A DNA stretch of 64,000 bases from Tubiluchus corallicola (GCA_030141605.1 JAQGDQ010000057.1:682001-746000), one strand, 5' to 3'. Positions 50,178-62,955 are shown, counted from the stretch's first letter. Numbers and translations: made by a program. The notes: generated by a model from the sequence alone, not told the origin.

Positions 50178-52323
50178 TAACATTGAGAGTTAGATCGGCA
50201 TATTAGTGAACAATGGGTGATGAATGAGTAGGCAACGGTGCTATCATACTTTGGTATAATTGGCTGCTGCTGACTGTAGCCGAGTAAGAAATGTGTTACT
50301 TTACGATTTCACATTGAAATGACCTTAACCTTTTCTCCCAAAATCATAATTTTGCTTTTACAGAATTTGGCATGCTTAATTACCTAAAAATCACTCATCA
50401 CGGTGTCTGACTGTTTCAGTCCAGAAGGTTCAATTATTTTAGATTATGAAGATAGTCCTTCTTGTTTGAAACCACTCAGCAGCATAATGCACTTTCAATA
50501 AATATTGATTCTTTTTAGTTTTTGCAGTATTATTACTAAGATGAACAGTATCCAAACAAGGTTAGATCAAACATTTACAGTATGCAGGAAAAATAGTCTT
50601 TCAAAAAGAATAAAGCTGTTTCAAAAAATAAATTACTTCAAAAGTACAAATAGCTGTGATGTTTGGCACCTGCTGTTGAAATTCTCAAAAGTCAAGTGCT
50701 ACGTATTAAAAACATGCAATCAGTAGTACTTGTATTTGCTGTAACCAGCATTTTAATTTGTTTAGAACACTTTACATTCAAACTATGTAAACACATCATC
50801 TAACTAATGAATAGAACAGGTTAAAGGACTTTTGCTCTCGTCAAAGGTATTACGTACTCAACTCTTGCTACACTGTCCTAGACAAACGAATACTGCTGTC
50901 AACAGACATGTTGAATCTGACATGCTAAACTCAAATTGTATTTACAGTACTTTCAACTTCGATGTCACACAAATCAATGGCGTACGTGTATGTGGGGATC
51001 AGTGGCAGATGTATATGTGGAGTGTGCTGCATTAAATGTAATAGACTTAATAACAGACAAAACAGTAACTGTTTGTGGCATACTAATGCACTGCATTTTG
51101 TCCTGTGTGTCAACTTCCACTCAGGTCCACCCAAGGATAGTGTAAGTCCAAAATTGCTTGTTGACAAAAGTTTAGTTTTAAGGTTAGTTTAACTTGATGA
51201 AAAATGAGTTGCAACAAGAGGAATAATTGTAGAATGACAGCATACAATGGTAATAAAAGATCACAATCCAGTTGTAACCCTTTGTAGAATAACTACAAAC
51301 TTCATGTTAACATTCGCAATTGTAATTCGGCTCCACAAAGTATTCTCTCAAGACAAGTGAAAGTCTTCTCTTATCAGAAGCCAAGCAGGAATCCCCACGA
51401 ACATTTAGGTTTTGCTTGCCAAGAAAATATCAAAAAGTGCCGTCTGGATGTCTAACAAAGAGGTACAGCAACTGTTATAGTCTGATAATATAGTTTCTCA
51501 TGGATGGAAACTTCACGTTAATCTAGCTTTTATGTCAAATGATGCAAAATCAGTTTCAAGTTTTAACTACAATTAGTGTAAGTGGTAATCAACACAAGAG
51601 GCACTAGAATTTAATTCTTCCTAGGATTTACTAGCAAGTGTCACTGATATTCAGAGTTATAATTCTGCAGCTCAAAAGAGATTTAATTATTTAATCCTGG
51701 TTTTCCTTATACGATATGAACATTATACATTGATCAGTAATAATAATTTGTGAGTGCTTTGATAATTAAAGTTACCAAAGTTCATGGGCGATATGCACAT
51801 GCAAAAACGTGCACGAATTTTTATTAGAATTGTTTTCTAATGCACTTGTTAACATTTGCTTGTGCATACTCCCCGTCTGTAACTAAATTTAAAGGTACAC
51901 GTTTATAGGGGGACTTTCTATAAAATTATAACCAGTTCACAGCTTTTGTTTAAACAAATAATGGTACATGGAATATTAGCCATCTCAGTCATATGCACAT
52001 TGATTTGTTTGCCCATTCTGAATTGTGTCATGGCAAGCAACATAACAATAAAAATGTATATATGCGTATAGCCTTGATAACTCAAAAAGGTATTAATTTC
52101 ACATTGATGATACGTAATAACAATTTTGTTACACAGTAGGTATTGTTAGACTCATTTTGGGATAGACGTGTTTTGACACAATTAACCGGCTGATTCAATG
52201 AGCCAACAAGTGCAGCATGATACTACTGTAGAAGTATGTCATCACTCTTCAGCTTAGTATGCCATATAAGGCTTTAAATTAATTTTAGTAACGAATTAAT
52301 GTCGAAATTATTATGTGTAATTG

Positions 52324-52430
<107 letters not shown>

Positions 52431-53530
52431 CTGCAAATCTGATTATTAAGACTAAAAATTACAAAAATTCATGCAAGCTCAGTTGCTTCATTTGTTCACC
52501 ATGTGGAAAAGTTTGTTTTTCAAATTCTCATATTGATAAAACATTGAAAATTTGTTGCTCTGTGCTGTGAGTCAATGAGTTAATGACTCTTGCTTTGAGT
52601 CAATTAAAGGACTGTACATACATTTACGCAAAACACCTAGTCATCTAATGCTTCAATTGCAGTTGGCGATGGCCTTCTTTCCCCGTGAAAAGTAGTGGGA
52701 ACTTCGAAAGCAAGCTGCTTGGCAATTGATTAAACGTTAAGCCTCCAGAAATGAGGTTAACAGTAGTAGACGAGTGGGTGACAGATTCAAAGCAAAACCG
52801 CTAGGCTAACATATTAGTGTATGATAAGCAAACATGCTCACAAACAAAATTGTATTTAATATGAGTGCCTCTACATACATTATAATGCACAAAAGAAAAG
52901 TAAAGAAGTAAAAGCTGCAAAAGCTCTTTGGTCACACACAAGTGTCTTATTCTAAGTAGTTGAAGGAAAAATATTGAGTCAATTATGAGTTATTTGAGTC
53001 AATTAACGACAGTTTTTGTATACGTTTGAATAGAAGTGGCCCATACCTGACATTTCTGCATCAGCTAAGCGAAGTATATTAACCATTAGTCTAATAAACG
53101 GTGCCTACTGTAGTAGAAACAACAGAAGAATAGGTGAACTGTAAATGAATAACTCTCAAAGAAAGTAATAGAAATATGTCATTTACCATGGGCCTGACGT
53201 GTTACATGATTCTCTTATTGACTTAATGTAACAAATCATCAGATAAATGACAACTTACTGGCAAAGACCACCTTTTGCAAAGCTAGTAAAAGTCACATCT
53301 AGTGATAGTTTCATTGAAAGATGTACTCGTAGCATTCAAACATGCAAATTCCACAGCATCGTAGATCGATAAATGTGAAGATTACTTTAGTTCAAGAGCT
53401 CACAGTAAAAAGTATCAACTTGGAGCAGTCAATGTTATCATCACCGTGTACTTCCTGTGTACTTTTTTATTTTTGCTATCATCATCCCATCCCTCCTCTT
53501 TTAATACATATCACACATAGTATTACACAC

Positions 53531-53622
53531 CTGTTTAGTAACATTTCCGTAAATCAGACATTCCACGTGAAGTTTGGACAACAACTGTGGAATAAAATGT
53601 TGAACTCTGTCCAAGGTGACCT
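53531..53622 (-). CDS. IDE: IDE exon
   Basis: (E)[30 protein letters not shown]. Confidence 0.95.
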
Positions 53623-54039
53623 CTGCAATATTCAAAATGAAATTGACAAAACAATCATAAAAATAAAGGAAACAATGACAATATCAAAATGGAATTTGTT
53701 GCTGACCAGTTTCGAACAAAACTGTTCATTACCAAGGCATCTAAAACGAAGAAATTTACCAGAATTTAGAAACAACATTGAAATACAATTCAGTAGTTAG
53801 ACAGGTAAAAGATAGATGATATAACATTATAATTATAGATGATTTAACAATTTACCTTACAGACTAGATATCTTGATTGGTATTAAACTATGTAACACTT
53901 CACAAACAAACTAACCAATATGTTAGTAGTAACAGAACTATCAATGTTAGGCAGCTGCCATTTTGTTGCTGAATTCCACAAAACACAATGCACTGTTGGT
54001 GTTGTACAAGCTTAAGTGCACTTCACCAGTAAAGAGTGC

Positions 54040-54345
54040 ACATATTCATCTTTGCTGTTTAACTTAGGCCCAATACGGTAATGTGTAATGCTTCCAGTAT
54101 TGACAAATCAAGGAACTGTGTCCTTTGGCTAAGATTTTGACATTGTTTACTTCAAATGCTGGCCCACCTTGGCACCTATGAGATCTCTGTGTCGTTCTGC
54201 GATGTTCAGCTAATTTAAATGAAAGATGCCGACTCGTACGACCGACATAGGAATCATTGCATGACTCACATTTAAAATGGTACACTGGATTAGACTGTAT
54301 GAATTTCAGGACAGCAGATTTCAGCGGAGGTAGTGTAGACCTCCA
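54040..54345 (-). mobile_element. Penelope-like element GIY-YIG endonuclease fragment
   Basis: VYHFKCESCNDSYVGRTSRHLSFKLAEH...NVKILAK. Confidence 0.8.
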
Positions 54346-54399
54346 CACCATATAATACAAAATTCTCTTGTTAACATTCAATTCTTAATGGTTTAATGC

Positions 54400-54820
54400 C
54401 ATCCTAGATATGTGATTTTTTTGAAGCCACACATACCCAGTCGTAATCTTACATCAATTAGTTCATCGACGTTATAATCTAGTCCCATATGGATCTCACT
54501 TTTAGCGTAGCAACACCAAAATTATGGAACGCTTTACCAATTTATGCAAGTAAAAAGACTAATGTTCAAAAGTTCAAATCCTTTCTTAAAACTTATTTTT
54601 ACAAAGAAGCCTATATAAATAATTAAAATTTAATATGGACTTAAAGTATTGTTTCTGGGCAGATTTCGAGTGAATATTTTATACATGTATTATGATTCTA
54701 GCTTTATGTATAATAATCAATTGTGTATGTACTGCTTATGTGTTAGAATGTATGTATGTAAAATGTATTTGTCCATTTCAATGTTAATGCATTTTAAATA
54801 TCCAATAAATTATCATTTAT
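54400..54820 (+). mobile_element. L2/CR1-type LINE 3' end fragment
   Basis: YGSHFSVATPKLWNALP followed by an AT-rich 3' UTR with AATAAA. Confidence 0.55.
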
Positions 54821-55220
54821 TATTATCTATATATTAATTTCGCTAGTATATATATAACACTCCACATATCTATATAAGATTCGAGGCTACAGCTCCGACG
54901 ACGACGGGGCCTGGTGGGACTCTCAAAAGGAGATATATAGCTCTTTCGAAAGAAGAAGAACAAATCTACACAATGATTTGGGCATATTTCAAAGCCATTG
55001 TTCTGACGTCATCCATTATATTCTGCTTATAACCTTATAAAGTTGATTCAGTAAAAGCTGCTATTGGCTTTGCATTATAAATGAGGACTATGTAGGATGT
55101 TCGCGTATTATTGATTATAGGTGTATTTATGCACAAAATTTTTGCGGGGCCTTTGCTAGTCATTATTATTATTATTATTTATTGCATAGGAATTTCTGGA
55201 AGAGCTAAAAACCTACTCAC

Positions 55221-55341
55221 CATCAATACATTCTAACAATTCTGCTTTCGTCCACGCATGCTCTGACATGAGTATCGATGTATAATAGATGGCATGTTGG
55301 TGTGGATCTTCTGCTCGAAAATTTCTCAAACCTCGCTCATA
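55221..55341 (-). CDS. IDE: IDE exon
   Basis: [40 protein letters not shown]. Confidence 0.96.
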
Positions 55342-55731
55342 CTGCATACAATGTTAATGATGATGCAAGCACACAAATAGCTAAATGCTGATATCAAATT
55401 TGAAGGGATAAGGTGACCCAGGGTCGACGGCATCTATCTTGTAGGCTGAATGTCTCTTGTTCAAACCAAAGCTATATTCCGACTTCCTACAATTTCTTGT
55501 CTTTCAAGTTTGGTATAAAAGTTAATTAATAGTGGGTTTATACCACCATTAACAATTATCTTGACATTGAGATTTTAATAACTAATGTGAGCACTGTTGT
55601 TTAGCTGTATGTATAACAATGTCGTATTACTTACACTACTTCTTTGTTGTATTTGGAACAACATTAAAATTTCTGATTTCATACAGTACAGATAAGAAAA
55701 ACAGTGAAAAGGCACAACAATGTATACTTAC

Positions 55732-55842
55732 ATTCTCTTTCAGTATGGCAAACCGTTTTGGATCAATTTCAAAACTTGTCATTTTCTCTACGATTTTGCT
55801 GAGCAATACATGCTGCTTATCATTGTAACCTCTCAGTGCCAA
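55732..55842 (-). CDS. IDE: IDE exon
   Basis: [37 protein letters not shown]. Confidence 0.96.
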
Positions 55843-56291
55843 CTGGAAAAACAAATCAAGAGTCATTAAACACAACATTATATAAATGAATGTTTATATA
55901 AAAATAGACAATGTGTTATGTGAAACAAATAACTATACTTGAAGCAGACCAAAAATGATTTAAAGCAGCACCAGAATGTAATAATTATAATGTACAATTA
56001 CAATAGTCAAATACTCAACCTTTGTAGTCTAGTAAGCTTACGATGTGCAACCACAAGTACTCAATGTATATACTCTACTGAGCAATTGATGCTGAGGAAG
56101 ACTAATAAAAATGTGCAAAATTATTAGTGTGCAAAAACAAAAACCTAGCCGCAACACAATTTTTGAAATCAGATCTGCAGAAATAAGAACACAAATTATA
56201 AAATATATAAAGAAATTTTAATACAAAAAATTATGCAATTCCTTTATACAGTAACAATTCAAAATAAGTTTCAGCCAAAGTTAAAACTTAC

Positions 56292-56436
56292 AGATAGTCC
56301 ATATTTTGTATTATCTAAACTGTATGCTAATCCAGCTAACTCTGCAGCATATGCGTACTCATTCAATGCATCCCTGAACAATGATACGAACATGTAAACC
56401 ATGCTGGTGTGAACAGGGTCGATGAATGCAAGAGGA
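56292..56436 (-). CDS. IDE: IDE exon
   Basis: (S)PLAFIDPVHTSMVYMFVSLFRDALNEYAYAAELAGLAYSLDNTKYGLS. Confidence 0.96.
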
Positions 56437-57224
56437 CTGAAACAAAAAGAAATGTGAACAAACCCGTGTGTACAGCACAACGTGTTTGTGCAAAGTACAT
56501 TTGCAACCATGTTTTAAACTGCACTAACTGTTTCTTTTCCTAACACTAGATGCAGGGCCAGCTCTACCACTAAGCAACTGCCCAAGGCACTAAATTTAGG
56601 AAGTAAACGTTTAATTTTTAAGTTTAGTATAAATAATAGCATAGTCTATATGTAATTCCTTAAGTGCACAACGTTAATTACATGAAACGAACTAGTTGCA
56701 TTATTTTCCTGTCGAAAAAAATCAATATTGGGAGTGGGGTGGGACGGTGGGAAAGGGGGTGAATATTGAGGAAGGGGCACTAAAAATACTTTTGGCTATG
56801 GGACAAGATGACACCAGTGTTGTCTTTGTCAAATGAAACTGTAACTAAAACATTATTAAGATACAGCAGGCTATCCATATTACATTAAACTAGTGAAATA
56901 AAGTTACATGAAAAATAGCCTTATATGCCAATTGTTCTGACTTTAATCATGATGAAATAACAATTTTTTTATATTTTGTTTTTTGTTAATTGTAATTTTA
57001 TATTTTATGTCAAAATGGTGCATTATACATGATGGTACATAAAATTTTGCTATTGGACAAAAAACAACAAGTTATAGTACAAAACAATTTATTACATCAA
57101 AGTATTTCCCATCATGCTCTCAAAATATGGTGTGAAAGTTGTTTATGTCTCACACAGCTTGAATTCTTGAAGGTATGATTATACATGTACAATGTTTGCC
57201 TGAATACAAAATCTATTTTCTTAC

Positions 57225-57334
57225 CTCATGAACTCAAATGTTAGGCAAGCTTTAGGAAGGAGATACTCATTATCCTGCTTGTACCAAACCCTTGACATAG
57301 CCGTATTTTGCAACAGTACTGGCAACTGACTGCT
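57225..57334 (-). CDS. IDE: IDE exon
   Basis: [36 protein letters not shown](S). Confidence 0.95.
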
Positions 57335-57465
57335 CTGTAAAATGGATGCAAATAATGGTTACGACTAGATTTTTTTTAAGCTTTAACAAATAACCAATGG
57401 GTTAGAGGTAAGGCAGAGATCTGCAGAATCTTAGGGCAAATGTAGTAATAAAATAATAACAATAC

Positions 57466-57561
57466 CTCCTCCTCTCTAGACAAAAGGTCAAAGTTCGAAG
57501 GTATAAATTCATTGCGATCTGGTAATTGTAACTTCTCGTTCAAACCAGCATTGTTCCATTT
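57466..57561 (-). CDS. IDE: IDE exon
   Basis: KWNNAGLNEKLQLPDRNEFIPSNFDLLSREEE. Confidence 0.95.
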
Positions 57562-58529
57562 CTGAAAATATGAAAACTTGTGAAGTTGACTACAAATAAG
57601 CTAGTATAATTTCGAAAAAAAGAAAAACTAAAATCAATAATTTATAATCCGGAAAAAACAATGTAAAAGTATTTTTAACTATTAAACATAATTTTTCCAG
57701 CAGTTACTCAATATGAAAAATACTGAAAAGCTATCAAAAACTATTTTACAAACCATTTTTGCTTTAGTCATATTAATGATTACATTTGCACATTGTCAGG
57801 CAAGCTAATACTACCTACTGACTTTACTTTTCATTCCTGTACATATAAATAGATGTAAGGCAATATTTTGCAAGACATTTTAGCAGTTTGTAATGGACAT
57901 GTAAGTACTACCTCTTAAATTTCACTTACAAAAACTAAATAATGTTGCATAAGGTAAACTGACAAAGACAAAAATCAAAGTTAATGCTATAATTTTTAAA
58001 CAGCAGGCATTTGCTATAAACAAATTTGAGTTTTTGAGTGTGGAATGTTTGACATTCCAGCATTCAATTAAAAAGCCAGGAAGCTGTAGCAGGAAATGGG
58101 ACAGGATGCATGACCTGTGCAAGACGGGTCACACACAACATAACATGCTGAATAGACTAATGTGAAGTGTAAAGTTGTTAACAAAGTATGTGAATATTGA
58201 ATTACTCTGAATGCAGATGATAAATACTAATATCAACACAGCTGCCATAGTTTCTCAGCTGCAACGACAGAAACCTGTAAGCTAAACTATGTGAAAAAGA
58301 TGGAATTGTAGGACATCAACAAGTCTAATTACATTGCTGACATTGTGTCCATTCAGCGAAACAAACAATTCAACTATGCATAAATTGTGCAAGCTCATTC
58401 AATGCTGAAATTATATACCAGTTAAAGCCGTACCTTTTTACACTGCCAAATGTATTTGTGTCATGAGATAAAGATATGATTGACATTGTTCAGTTTAGCC
58501 AAGGGACAATGAGGTTAGTAATGAATGCA

Positions 58530-58733
58530 ATGAAGTGCAACATTTTAACACTATTAGTGATTGGAGCGACGACAGCACAGTCACAAATTGCACAGAAATG
58601 TGAGAAAAACCCACTTGATGAATGCCGCTATATTAGTCACAGTAATCAGAAGATGACGCTGCCAAATTTGCTGGGACATGAAAAAATTCAAGATGTTGAA
58701 GCCGCATTCAAATTGTATAGACCACTCATCAAT
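58530..58733 (+). CDS. Frizzled-CRD protein exon 1 (signal peptide plus CRD N-half)
   Basis: MKCNILTLLVIGATTAQSQ..CEKNPLDEC..MTLPNLLGHEK..YRPLIN|GTAAGT. Confidence 0.88.
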
Positions 58734-59023
58734 GTAAGTTAGCTTTCGTTGTTTTTGAGAAAGGAGTTGTTTAACTACTGAACACAGTTATAAGAAAAGC
58801 AAAAATTAGATAATTCTGCCTTACAGTTTTTCTTCTGTGAGATTTTTGTTAATCATTGCATTCTCAAAATTAATCATACCATTCTCAAAATTAACAACTT
58901 TCATTATGTTGTTAAACGTACCTGCTAAAACAAGAAAAACTGCCAAAAGCAACACCATGGCAGCACACAGTACACACATTAAAAGTCATTGAGGAAAAAA
59001 GTAATTTTAGCATCGTTTTCCAG

Positions 59024-59243
59024 GCGAACTGTAGCCAGATTATAAGGCAATTTCTTTGTTCCGTCCTGGCGCCACCATGCATGGATCCAATGAAGGATGG
59101 TCCCAACAGACTCCTGTTCTGTCCAGGCACATGTGAGAAAGTTCGAGATGAATGTCTCGTAAACATGGATGGTTTTTACTGGCCAGATACACTTGAATGT
59201 ACACACTTAACAACAACTGATGCAGAACTCTACTGCATGAATG
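59024..59243 (+). CDS. Frizzled-CRD protein exon 2 (CRD C-half)
   Basis: ANCSQIIRQFLCSVLAPPC...CPGTCEKVRDEC...GFYWPDTLEC...YCMN; completes the 10-Cys CRD. Confidence 0.92.
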
Positions 59244-59733
59244 GTAAGTAAAATAGGGAAAACTTGGTACTGAACAAAAAACTTATTTCTGTTGATTGGA
59301 CATTTTCACTTTTGTCATTTACTTAGTAATAAGGGACGAATAAATTATCAGAACTAACTAAATAGACTAAACAGGGTGAACCAAAAATAATGAACAATAA
59401 CGGTAACACCTTCTATAAGCTAAACAAAAAATAAAAAATAAAACATTTGACTTTGTCTAGTAGTACTGCTACAGTTCAGGTATTTGAATTTAACATTCTA
59501 TAATAAGATAGATCTTATTAAATACTAAGAAAAATGTGTTAAAAAGAAGCAAAATTCAAAAATTGATAAATTTTTCAACATTAACACAAAGCTAAATGCT
59601 AAATTAGTACTATAAATAAGAACAGCTGACTGTCAATTACTTTTCTGCAAAAGAAACTGAAAAGTTAAAAACTTGGAAAGCAGAAAAATTAAAACTTATG
59701 TTTAACAGAATTAAATTATAAATCCAATTTCAG

Positions 59734-59920
59734 GAACAACAATAACCAATCAAAAAAATTTAGTTGAAGAGCTAAGCAACAACACCAGTCCAAATACGAT
59801 AAATGAAAGGAAAGACTGTATTCAGCCACGTAAATTCAACATTACAGACGATGCAATGCAGTATTTCTTTGCTGGTTGGGCCGATGTACAAGGTACAGGA
59901 GCTGCAAACGACTACTGCAG
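59734..59920 (+). CDS. Frizzled-CRD protein exon 3
   Basis: T/N-rich linker then CIQP...GWADVQGTGAANDYC(R); phases 1 and 2 fit neighbours. Confidence 0.8.
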
Positions 59921-60390
59921 GTACATAACAGAAAATAATGTGATTGAAAATAAGATTAAAAATAGCTGCTGCAAATAGTTGAGTAGCAACGGTATGTACC
60001 TAACTGAAATGTTAGGCAGCAGTAGACTTGGATAGCAAATGGATAAGTGATTTCGAGAAAAACTGGTTAGGGACAACTTATCGGATGCGCTGTTTTATTA
60101 TTATATCCTTGCAGAAAGCTGAACACACATTCAAACGCGACTAAAACACATCTGGCAGTTCTGTGTCTTATCTTAGAGGACTATCCTTGGTTGTAAGCTA
60201 GGTTCCAGTCCCATCACAACTATTTGGCACTATCGCTACTAAGTACCGAAAACTGGCTTGCAATGTGCTAAATAGCATAAATACCATATAAAAGAAATTA
60301 AGAAAAAGAAAATGTTTAATTTGTAATAATAAAGGTTTACTCATCAATTTCTTACTTTACACTTTGAAGTGAGAATAAGATACGTGGCAA

Positions 60391-60935
60391 GCCTGTTTCC
60401 ACAAGAAAATGTACTTAAGTATTTAGCTACGAGCTTTAACTAATGAGCTTGCTTGTTTCATCAAGAAAATGTACTTAAGTGTTCAGCTTCAAACTTTAGC
60501 TAATGCGCTGCTTGTTTCTTCAATAAAATTTACCTTCGTATTCAGCTTCAAACTTTAGCTAATGAGCTGCTAGTTTCTACAAGAAAATATAACTAAGTAT
60601 TCAGTTTCAAACTTTAGCTTAATGAGCTGCTTGTTTCTACAAGAAAATATACCTAAGTATTCAGTTTCAAACTATAGCTAATAAGCTGCTTGTTTCTACA
60701 AGAAAATGTACCTAAGTATTGAGCTTCAAACTTTAGCTAATGAGCAACTTGTTTCTACAAGAAAATGTACGTAAGTATTTAGCTTCAAACTATAGCTTAA
60801 TGAGCTGCTTGTTTCTACAAGAAAATGTACCTAAGTATTGAGCTTCAAACTTTAGCTAATGAACAGCTTGTTTCTACAAGAAAATATACCTAAGTATTCA
60901 GCTTCAAACGTTACCTAATGAACTGCTTGTTTTCT
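60391..60935. repeat. About 59-bp minisatellite, about 9 copies
   Basis: Variants of GCTGCTTGTTTCTACAAGAAAATGTACCTAAGTATTCAGCTTCAAACTTTAGCTAATGA. Confidence 0.95.
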
Positions 60936-61140
60936 GAGCTAATCAATTACAAAAGTATCAATTTTGTACAGCATACCTAGTTTCAAACAATACGAACTTC
61001 TCCAATAACTAAAAATTAGTATTGGTCAACATCAAGCAGCAAAATATTGGAATGTCTTTAGACTATTTATATAAGGTTTAATTTGATCTTTAACAGTAAC
61101 AGATAACTAATGAGCAATTATTGAATCTTCTCTGTTAAAG

Positions 61141-61296
61141 GGTTATCAAGATTTCTAAGAAGAAGAAAATCTTCAAGTGCACTTTAGCAGGGAAGCTAAC
61201 AACAAACTACACATCGACTAAGAAATTTCGCCCAGGAGTAAGAGACACATGGTTTATGAGAGACATGGACTCCGATGGAAGAGACGATTACTGCAG
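61141..61296 (+). CDS. Frizzled-CRD protein exon 4
   Basis: VIKISKKKKIFKCTLAG...PGVRDTWFMRDMDSDGRDDYC(R); phase 2-2, same GAYTACTGCAG|GT end as exon 3. Confidence 0.82.
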
Positions 61297-61607
61297 GTAA
61301 TGGTGAGCCAGCTATGAGTCAGTTGAATTCAACTTTTGCAAATTCCGTTAAACCAACAAGATTTTGCTTGTTTTTATAACTTTACAATATTTAACTATTT
61401 TTTTACTTTTATAACAGTACCCAAAAATTAACATTTAGTTGTGACAAAAGTCAGTTCACACAACTTGACAAATAGTGCTAACTTTGTGAAAAAAGTCCAT
61501 TACATTTTTTTTCATTAATTGTCAATAATCTTATCATTAAGAAGTTGCATTATAATGACAACTTAACCCATTGTCCTCATATAAAAAAATGATGTATTTT
61601 TTTACAG

Positions 61608-61797
61608 ATGCATTCTGGGAAAGAACAAAGAAGGTGTCTGGTGCATGAAAGCTGGAGAGCAAGGATTTTATGGAGGCCCGAGGCAAAAGGGGTCCCAATA
61701 CACATTCCAGATCCCAAACCCGCTTCCGGATCACCCGTGTTACAATGTTCCGGTGGATCCACAATTTGGATTACCATACAAATCACCATACAAATGA
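61608..61797 (+). CDS. Frizzled-CRD protein exon 5 (terminal)
   Basis: CILGKNKEGVWCMKAGEQGFYGGPRQKGSQYTFQIPNPLPDHPCYNVPVDPQFGLPYKSPYK*; acceptor ttttttacag. Confidence 0.8.
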
Positions 61798-62955
61798 TTG
61801 CAAATAATATTTATACTGTATTGTTCTAAGCAGAGCTATTTTATGCAAGCATGGTGTCAAATCACAAACTGTAGCTGCTCAATTATACCAAAACAACAAA
61901 TCTGTATGTGTATCAGAAGTTTCCACAGAGTGGGTGGGTGTGGGGAGGAGGGGGTCACTCACCAGATGCAGTTCATTCAATGATTTCACTAAGCTAAAGA
62001 ATACGCTAAGTATAACGACGAAATTTCTAAATATTGCAAAAGCTTAGATTCGTTCGGCAAAAATTATGTGCAATAGAAAGCACAACTATTATAGTAGTCA
62101 GACAAAAAGTCACCAACAACCTCAGTTAGTAGTCTAAGAAACTTCAGTTGGAAATGTCAGCATCCATACAAATAACAAAATATGTGAATGACAAAATGTA
62201 TGAATGCAAGTGTACAAATGACAAAATGTATGAATGGCATAGATAAATACATAGACATAGACATTTTTTATTTACCTCCTCATTTACACCAGAATACAAA
62301 TAGATTATAATTGCTATAATTGATAATTAATCAGGATAAATTATACTTAAAGGAAAGAGTTAGGGGGCGCAAGAGAAAGGTTTTCTATCTGTAGTACATT
62401 TGCTATTTTCAAGAGTTTAATGATTTATTTGACCTTATCTGTTGGTAGTGCAGCCAATCAGCTTTTGTAATTTAGCTATTTGGTGTAGTTCTTGCAACAT
62501 GTTATGCTAAACAGAATCATTGATGGAAATTGTACATGCTTGCTTATCATTAATCAGTTCATATAATGCAAAATTCTCCCTATAAAACCAAAAAGTTTGA
62601 GATCAAGCATGACACTGTGTATATTTAACTGTATATGTATGTGCATATATACGGGTGGGTACAAACAGATTAAACATGGTCAGTTCAGCCCAATTTATTT
62701 TCATCGAGAGCTGTATATAAGGGCCAAAGATATAAAAATATACAGATAAAATCCAATATACATGTAAAGAAACACTAACACTATAATGGCATTTCAAATG
62801 CCTGCGATCTTATCATATTCTATTAAATGTAAAAATATTTGATCTTTAGTGCCAGATGACCTTAATGAGGCAAATAATAATAACAAAGATACTGCATGCT
62901 TGATATAGCTCGCAAAACATAAACTACAATATAAAACTGTTGTACATAAACTAAC

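Larger units (their letters stand above)
58530..61797 (+). other. Nested gene span: secreted Frizzled-CRD plus DxDxDG-repeat protein, join(58530..58733,59024..59243,59734..59920,61141..61296,61608..61797), about 318 aa
   Basis: Five GT-AG exons total 957 nt in one frame; in-frame upstream ATGs at 58476, 58509 and 58521 are alternative starts. Confidence 0.85.

Noticed and set aside
50830-51190. Cluster of overlapping Cys-rich ORFs, possibly a GIY-YIG relic (NCIY...YVG)
   Set aside because: Motif pieces fall in different frames and are too degenerate to support
53342-53800. 152-aa plus-strand ORF
   Set aside because: Antisense shadow of IDE exon 53531-53622 plus intron; no motifs
55843-57224. 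Mutually exclusive duplicate of the 145-nt IDE exon (human 15a/15b)
   Set aside because: No second homologous exon found in the flanking introns
60391-60935. Regular 59-bp array as CRISPR or coding repeat
   Set aside because: The whole unit repeats with no unique spacers; stops present; lies inside an intron
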